From Promethearchaeati archaeon SRVP18_Atabeyarchaeia-1 (GTDB lineage Archaea > Asgardarchaeota > Atabeyarchaeia > Atabeyarchaeales > Atabeyarchaeaceae): 64,000 nt of DNA. Under the pieces are notes generated by a model. It made no database searches and was not told the DNA's origin. It saw only the letters and a program-made list of their open reading frames with translations. The stretch spans positions 544,001 through 608,000 of the forward strand of contig CP147779.1 in assembly GCA_037308085.1 (NCBI GenBank), read 5' to 3'. The translations under genes were made by a program, and so were the position numbers. Below, piece by piece: positions 59,985-64,000 of this stretch (the stretch's first letter is position 1; each line of letters opens with the position of its first letter).

Positions 59985-60704
59985 TTGAGGGGATACGGTT
60001 TGGTTCGCCAAGTCAGGAGACCCATAGAAAGGCTCACCGATATGCTTCTTCTGCTCTTTCTGATCAACGATGTTAATGATAAAGATCATAACTGCGGAAT
60101 CACGAAGCTACAGAAGCTTGTTTTTCTGTCCCAACTAGAAATGAACAACCATAGACAGAAGGGGTTCAGCTACAAGTTCGTGAAAATAAATCTCGGACCA
60201 GTCAGTGGTCAGATTGAGAAAACTGACATTCCCAAGCTAGAGAAGGTTGGATACTTAGCCCAGGAGCAAGTTGGCAACTTCAACAAGTTTGTTGCCAGTG
60301 AGAGCGGTTCCAGATTTCTTAGCCATCTTTCAGGCATTTTCCATCGGAACGAACGATTCGTGCAGATTATATCCAGAATCAACGAGAAGTACTCTGGCAT
60401 GTCAGCCACTGATCTTGTTAACGAGGTTCACAGTATGCCGAACCCCTACAGGCGGAATCTGACCATAGATGAAACCCCCCAAGGAGAGGTCTTACTCTCA
60501 AAGATATCAGACAAAGCCACCCAAACAAGATTCGACTTCACCGGTAACGAACTCGCAACCCTTGAACTCTACTTTGACGCGGAGGCCAGAGAATCAGTTG
60601 AACGTGCAATGAGTTCAGCACTAAGTGAGCCTAGCGTTCCTTGGGAGGTCGTCCTTAGACATGCAGAAGAAGCGCTACGAGGTAAGGGTCAGCAAAGACT
60701 TTGA
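59985..60704 (+). CDS. Panacea/SocA-like (DUF4065) antitoxin
   Basis: GITKLQKLVFL..F...GPVS; overlaps downstream RelE gene. Confidence 0.7.
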   Translation: MRGYGLVRQVRRPIERLTDMLLLLFLINDVNDKDHNCGITKLQKLVFLSQLEMNNHRQKGFSYKFVKINLGPVSGQIEKTDIPKLEKVGYLAQEQVGNFNKFVASESGSRFLSHLSGIFHRNERFVQIISRINEKYSGMSATDLVNEVHSMPNPYRRNLTIDETPQGEVLLSKISDKATQTRFDFTGNELATLELYFDAEARESVERAMSSALSEPSVPWEVVLRHAEEALRGKGQQRL

Positions 60705-60996
60705 GCGCGAATTCATAAAACTCGTTAAGAGAGACCCTGAACTGAAGCGCAGACTTGAGTCTCGAATCGAGGAGCTTTCTATAGATCCTAGATTAGGAAC
60801 GACGCTCTACAAGTGGGATTATCAAGGCTGGAGGAAGGCTAGGGTTGGAGAGTACCGCATAATACTGGGAGTGTGCGAGGAATGCAGACAGATCCGAAAC
60901 CCGAATCTGCAACGATGCATCGACTGCGATCAAATGACTGACAACTTAGTGAAACTCATTGAAGTCGGTCACCGGAACGATGTCTATGATGACTAA
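60661..60996 (+). CDS. RelE/ParE-family toxin with CxxC-CxxC insertion
   Basis: YEVRVSKDFERE..RKARVGEYRII..IEVGHRNDVY. Confidence 0.85.
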   Translation: MQKKRYEVRVSKDFEREFIKLVKRDPELKRRLESRIEELSIDPRLGTTLYKWDYQGWRKARVGEYRIILGVCEECRQIRNPNLQRCIDCDQMTDNLVKLIEVGHRNDVYDD

Positions 60997-61054
60997 GAAA
61001 AATGCCTGCCCAATTCAAGTTTGAATCATGCCAAACGAGGTAGACGAAAGAAAG

Positions 61055-62536
61055 CTAGGCGGTTGCCCGCGGAGACATAGACGCGTACTTATAGCGACTG
61101 GCCTTCCGGGCAGACTCGATCGTCTTCGGATCACAGCGCTTCAACTCACCTTCAGGAAACGCCGACAACAAATCCCAACCAAGATCCAAAGTCTGCTCAA
61201 TGCTGCGATCCTCGTATTCCCCTTGACTAATAAACTTGCGCTCAAAGGTGTCAGCAAACTTCAGGTAGAGCTTGTCCCTATCAGTCAAAGCCTCCTCACC
61301 AATAACGGCAACCAAATCACGGAGATCCATACCCTCACTAAAAGCATAGTAAAGCTGATCCGACACTTCACGATGATCCTCACGCGTATGCCTAGTCCCA
61401 TCCTTCTCGACACCGATGCCCTCTTTCATTAGGCGACTCAGAGAAGGACGCGGATCCATCGGAGGGTAGATGCCCTTGTGGTGTAATGCCTCAGAAATAA
61501 TCAGTTGTCCCTCAGTGATATAACCGGTAAGGTCGGGAACGGGATTCGTAATGTCCCCGTGGGGCATCGTGAGGACGGGCATTTGTGTGATGGTGCCTTT
61601 TCTGCCTTGTATTCTTCCTGCTCTTTCGTAGATGGTGGCGAGGTCTGTGTAGAGGTATCCGGGGTATCCTCTTCTTCCTGGGACTTCTTCTCTTGCTGCG
61701 CTTATTTCTCGTAGGGCTTCTGCGTAGTTGGTCATGTCTGTTAGGATGACGAGTATGTGTAGGTTTTGTTGGTATGCGAGGTATTCTGCGGTGGTGAGTG
61801 CGCATCTGGGTGTTATGATGCGTTCGATGGCTGGGTCGTCTGCGAGGTTTAGGAAGAGGGTGCATCTTTCTAGTGCGCCGGTGCGTTCGAAGTCTTTGCG
61901 GAAGTATTGGGCTTCTTCTGCGGTGATGCCCATGGCTGCGAAGATTACTGCGAATTGTTCTTCTTTGCCGAGTACTTTGGCTTGTCTGGCTATTTGTGCT
62001 GCTATGCGGTTGTGTGGGAGTCCTGCTCCGCTGAAGAGTGGTAGTTTTTGTCCGCGGACGAGGCTGTTCATGCCGTCGATGGTGCTGATGCCGGTTTGTA
62101 TGAATTCTCTGGGGTAGGCTCTTGCGTCGGGGTTGATGGGGCTGCCGTTTATGTCCCACATGTCTTCGGGGATGATTGGTGGGCCGTTGTCGATGGGTTC
62201 GCCTGAGCCGTCGAGTATTCTTCCGAGGATGTCTGTTGTGACCGGGATCTTTAGCGTTTCTCCTGTGAATCTGGCTGTGGTGTTCTTCGTGTCGAGTCCT
62301 GTTGTTCCCTCGAAGACTTGGACGATGGCTTTTCCTCGCCCTACTTCGAGGACTGTGCCTTTTCTCTTTTCTCCGTCCGGTGTTTCGATGTTGACGAGTT
62401 CGTTGAAGGACACGCCTTCTACGTTTTGAAGTATTATTAGTGGTCCCTTGACTTCGGTTACTGTCCTGTAGGTTCTCTTGGTGTAGAGGTCGGACGTTGC
62501 GGTCCGTGGTTCTGATTCTTCTCTTGCTGTCTTCAT
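61055..62536 (-). CDS. atpB: A/V-type ATP synthase subunit B
   Basis: [59 protein letters not shown]. Confidence 0.97.
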   Translation of the reverse strand: MKTAREESEPRTATSDLYTKRTYRTVTEVKGPLIILQNVEGVSFNELVNIETPDGEKRKGTVLEVGRGKAIVQVFEGTTGLDTKNTTARFTGETLKIPVTTDILGRILDGSGEPIDNGPPIIPEDMWDINGSPINPDARAYPREFIQTGISTIDGMNSLVRGQKLPLFSGAGLPHNRIAAQIARQAKVLGKEEQFAVIFAAMGITAEEAQYFRKDFERTGALERCTLFLNLADDPAIERIITPRCALTTAEYLAYQQNLHILVILTDMTNYAEALREISAAREEVPGRRGYPGYLYTDLATIYERAGRIQGRKGTITQMPVLTMPHGDITNPVPDLTGYITEGQLIISEALHHKGIYPPMDPRPSLSRLMKEGIGVEKDGTRHTREDHREVSDQLYYAFSEGMDLRDLVAVIGEEALTDRDKLYLKFADTFERKFISQGEYEDRSIEQTLDLGWDLLSAFPEGELKRCDPKTIESARKASRYKYASMSPRATA

Positions 62537-62734
62537 TGGCGGGTTCTCCTCTTCTTCATCTTTTCTTCTTCTGTTCCGCGGGGTGGATGATGCAGGTGGG
62601 TCATCTAGTGATTCGCTAATCGGTTGGTTGGTTGCGTGTGTTATATAATCCTTGTGGTGTCGGGTTTTGCCTATTCTTGTCAGGCGTCGCGCCGTGCTGC
62701 GTCTCGTCGGCGTGATTTCGGTTCTGACCTCGGC

Positions 62735-64000
62735 CTAGAGGGCCGTCCTGTCAGTTATGTGGTTTGCGAGTTTGTCGGTTTCATCTTCGCTGAAGTGCAT
62801 GACCACTACTCCGGGTTGATTGATTTGGGCGACCAGGTCTCTGAGTTTCTTGGCGTCCCTTTTCCAAGGTGTGATTATAATCAGCTCTCCTGTTTGCTCG
62901 TATTTTAGTTCCTGCCTTATCCTTGCGAGCTTGGAGATTGCCGTAGTTAGGTCTATGCTGTTGTTCGTCCAGGTTGCGATCACGTGTTGGTTGTCGGTGG
63001 TTGCGAGAAGCTCCATGACTTGGTCTACCCATCTTGTGTTGACTCCCTTGCTGTGTAGATCTCTGTGGATTGCGTCTATGATGTATTCTTGTAGTATGTT
63101 CCTTGCCTCGTGGTCCGCGATTTGGTAGTATATTCTGGTAATGGTTACGGGAACCGTGTAGCTCGGCGCCTTGACTTCGCCGAGAAAACCATTTCTGATG
63201 AGAGGCTCAACCAGATTCCTCAATTCCTGTTGTGTTTGCACGTTGAGCCTCGATTGGAGTTTTGTCTCCTCGACTATCTCCTGCAGGTGCCTGAAGGCTC
63301 CTCTCACTTTGAGCCATGTCTCTTTGTCTTCTGATGCCCGCGGTGATCTGGCCATGGCTTGGTCCGGTGGTTTCCCTGCTTCTGGTTTCTGTAATCGGTT
63401 TGGGAAGACTAGGTTCATCTGGCTAGGCGGAGCTGAGGCTTCAATTCTCCCCGGGGGTGCCAGGGTCGGGAGTGTCTGGTGACTGACGGGGTAGGCTACT
63501 TGGGGGGTGATTGCGGCGCCTAACCTATCCTGTCTCTTTTCTTCTCTTGCCCCCTTCATACTCTCTATTGCTTTTATGGATGTTTTCAGGGCTTCCCTGT
63601 AGTCTCCTGCCTCGTAGGCTTCCTTTGCCATGTTTCTGAGCCTCGCGGTCTCTGGGGGAAGTGGTTCAACGGGTTTGTGTAGCCGGCTGGGGGTCTCCTC
63701 CATTCCGGTGCTTGGCTTCTGGATCTTCGCTTCCGTGTCGTATATTATTGGGTAGTTCATCATGTTGTTTATCATAATGTCTCTCTTCTCAACTTTCGGA
63801 AGATCCATCTCGAGAGTTTTGATCCTGATTGGCTTGGGGAACCTTGGCGTCGTGATTAGCGCCTCTCTCTTCGGCATTGTCTTCAGGTAGCTTGCCTGCT
63901 CTTCGTCCAAGTTGAGCCACTTTGCTGCTCGCTCATTGTCCACCGTGGTTCGAAGAAATATCTTCGTGGCGGCGTTTGCCACTATGTTTTGGCTTATGTT
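62735..64000 (-). CDS. C-terminal part of a HerA/VirB4-like ATPase (5'-partial)
   Basis: Frame open to the window end; ANAATKIFLR..L.L.EEQ..YL..M..REALI..PIRIK resembles HerA/VirB4 C-termini. Confidence 0.55.
   Translation of the reverse strand, partial: NISQNIVANAATKIFLRTTVDNERAAKWLNLDEEQASYLKTMPKREALITTPRFPKPIRIKTLEMDLPKVEKRDIMINNMMNYPIIYDTEAKIQKPSTGMEETPSRLHKPVEPLPPETARLRNMAKEAYEAGDYREALKTSIKAIESMKGAREEKRQDRLGAAITPQVAYPVSHQTLPTLAPPGRIEASAPPSQMNLVFPNRLQKPEAGKPPDQAMARSPRASEDKETWLKVRGAFRHLQEIVEETKLQSRLNVQTQQELRNLVEPLIRNGFLGEVKAPSYTVPVTITRIYYQIADHEARNILQEYIIDAIHRDLHSKGVNTRWVDQVMELLATTDNQHVIATWTNNSIDLTTAISKLARIRQELKYEQTGELIIITPWKRDAKKLRDLVAQINQPGVVVMHFSEDETDKLANHITDRTAL

Noticed and set aside
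56054-61054. Provirus or autonomous integrative element
   Set aside because: No integrase, replication or virion genes in the module
50319-61154. atpB repeats as an assembly artefact or a CRISPR-like array
   Set aside because: Copies differ by about 20% with codon-structured substitutions and are kilobases apart with whole genes between them; no CRISPR array was seen anywhere in the window
61512-62159. 215-aa Arg/His-rich ORF inside atpB
   Set aside because: Shadow frame produced by A/C third-position bias

Overview
Archaeal chromosome segment, almost certainly an Asgard archaeon (eukaryote-like actin, Rab-like and MglA-like small GTPases, Get3/ArsA-like ATPase, all among core archaeal information-processing genes). 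About 1-45 kb is mostly housekeeping: ksgA, HemK2, GINS, PCNA, RPA14-like, TFS, rpoL, csl4, dph2, eno, atpD, NAC, PAN, aMBF1, trm56, TFE, two intron-containing tRNAs, uS10, EF-1a and lipid enzymes. Two mobile elements interrupt it. One is a 6,554-bp IS6-family unit transposon (52-bp TIRs, 8-bp TSD) carrying an adenine methyltransferase/nuclease pair. The other is a decayed IS607/TnpB element. The most striking feature is at 50.3-61.2 kb, where the 3' end of the A/V-ATPase subunit B gene (atpB) recurs four more times as diverged direct repeats. Two copies are full 100-nt, codon-preserving tails. The repeats bound 1.3-5.1 kb modules: three single-gene secreted-protein cassettes, two of them with a shared promoter and a covarying structured 5' leader, and one defence module (Dam/DpnII RM, free-standing LAGLIDADG-like protein, Panacea-RelE TA). 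This looks like an integron-like cassette array anchored on the atpB 3' end, with no recombinase visible in the window. All calls come from motif recognition and hand alignment; no searches were run.
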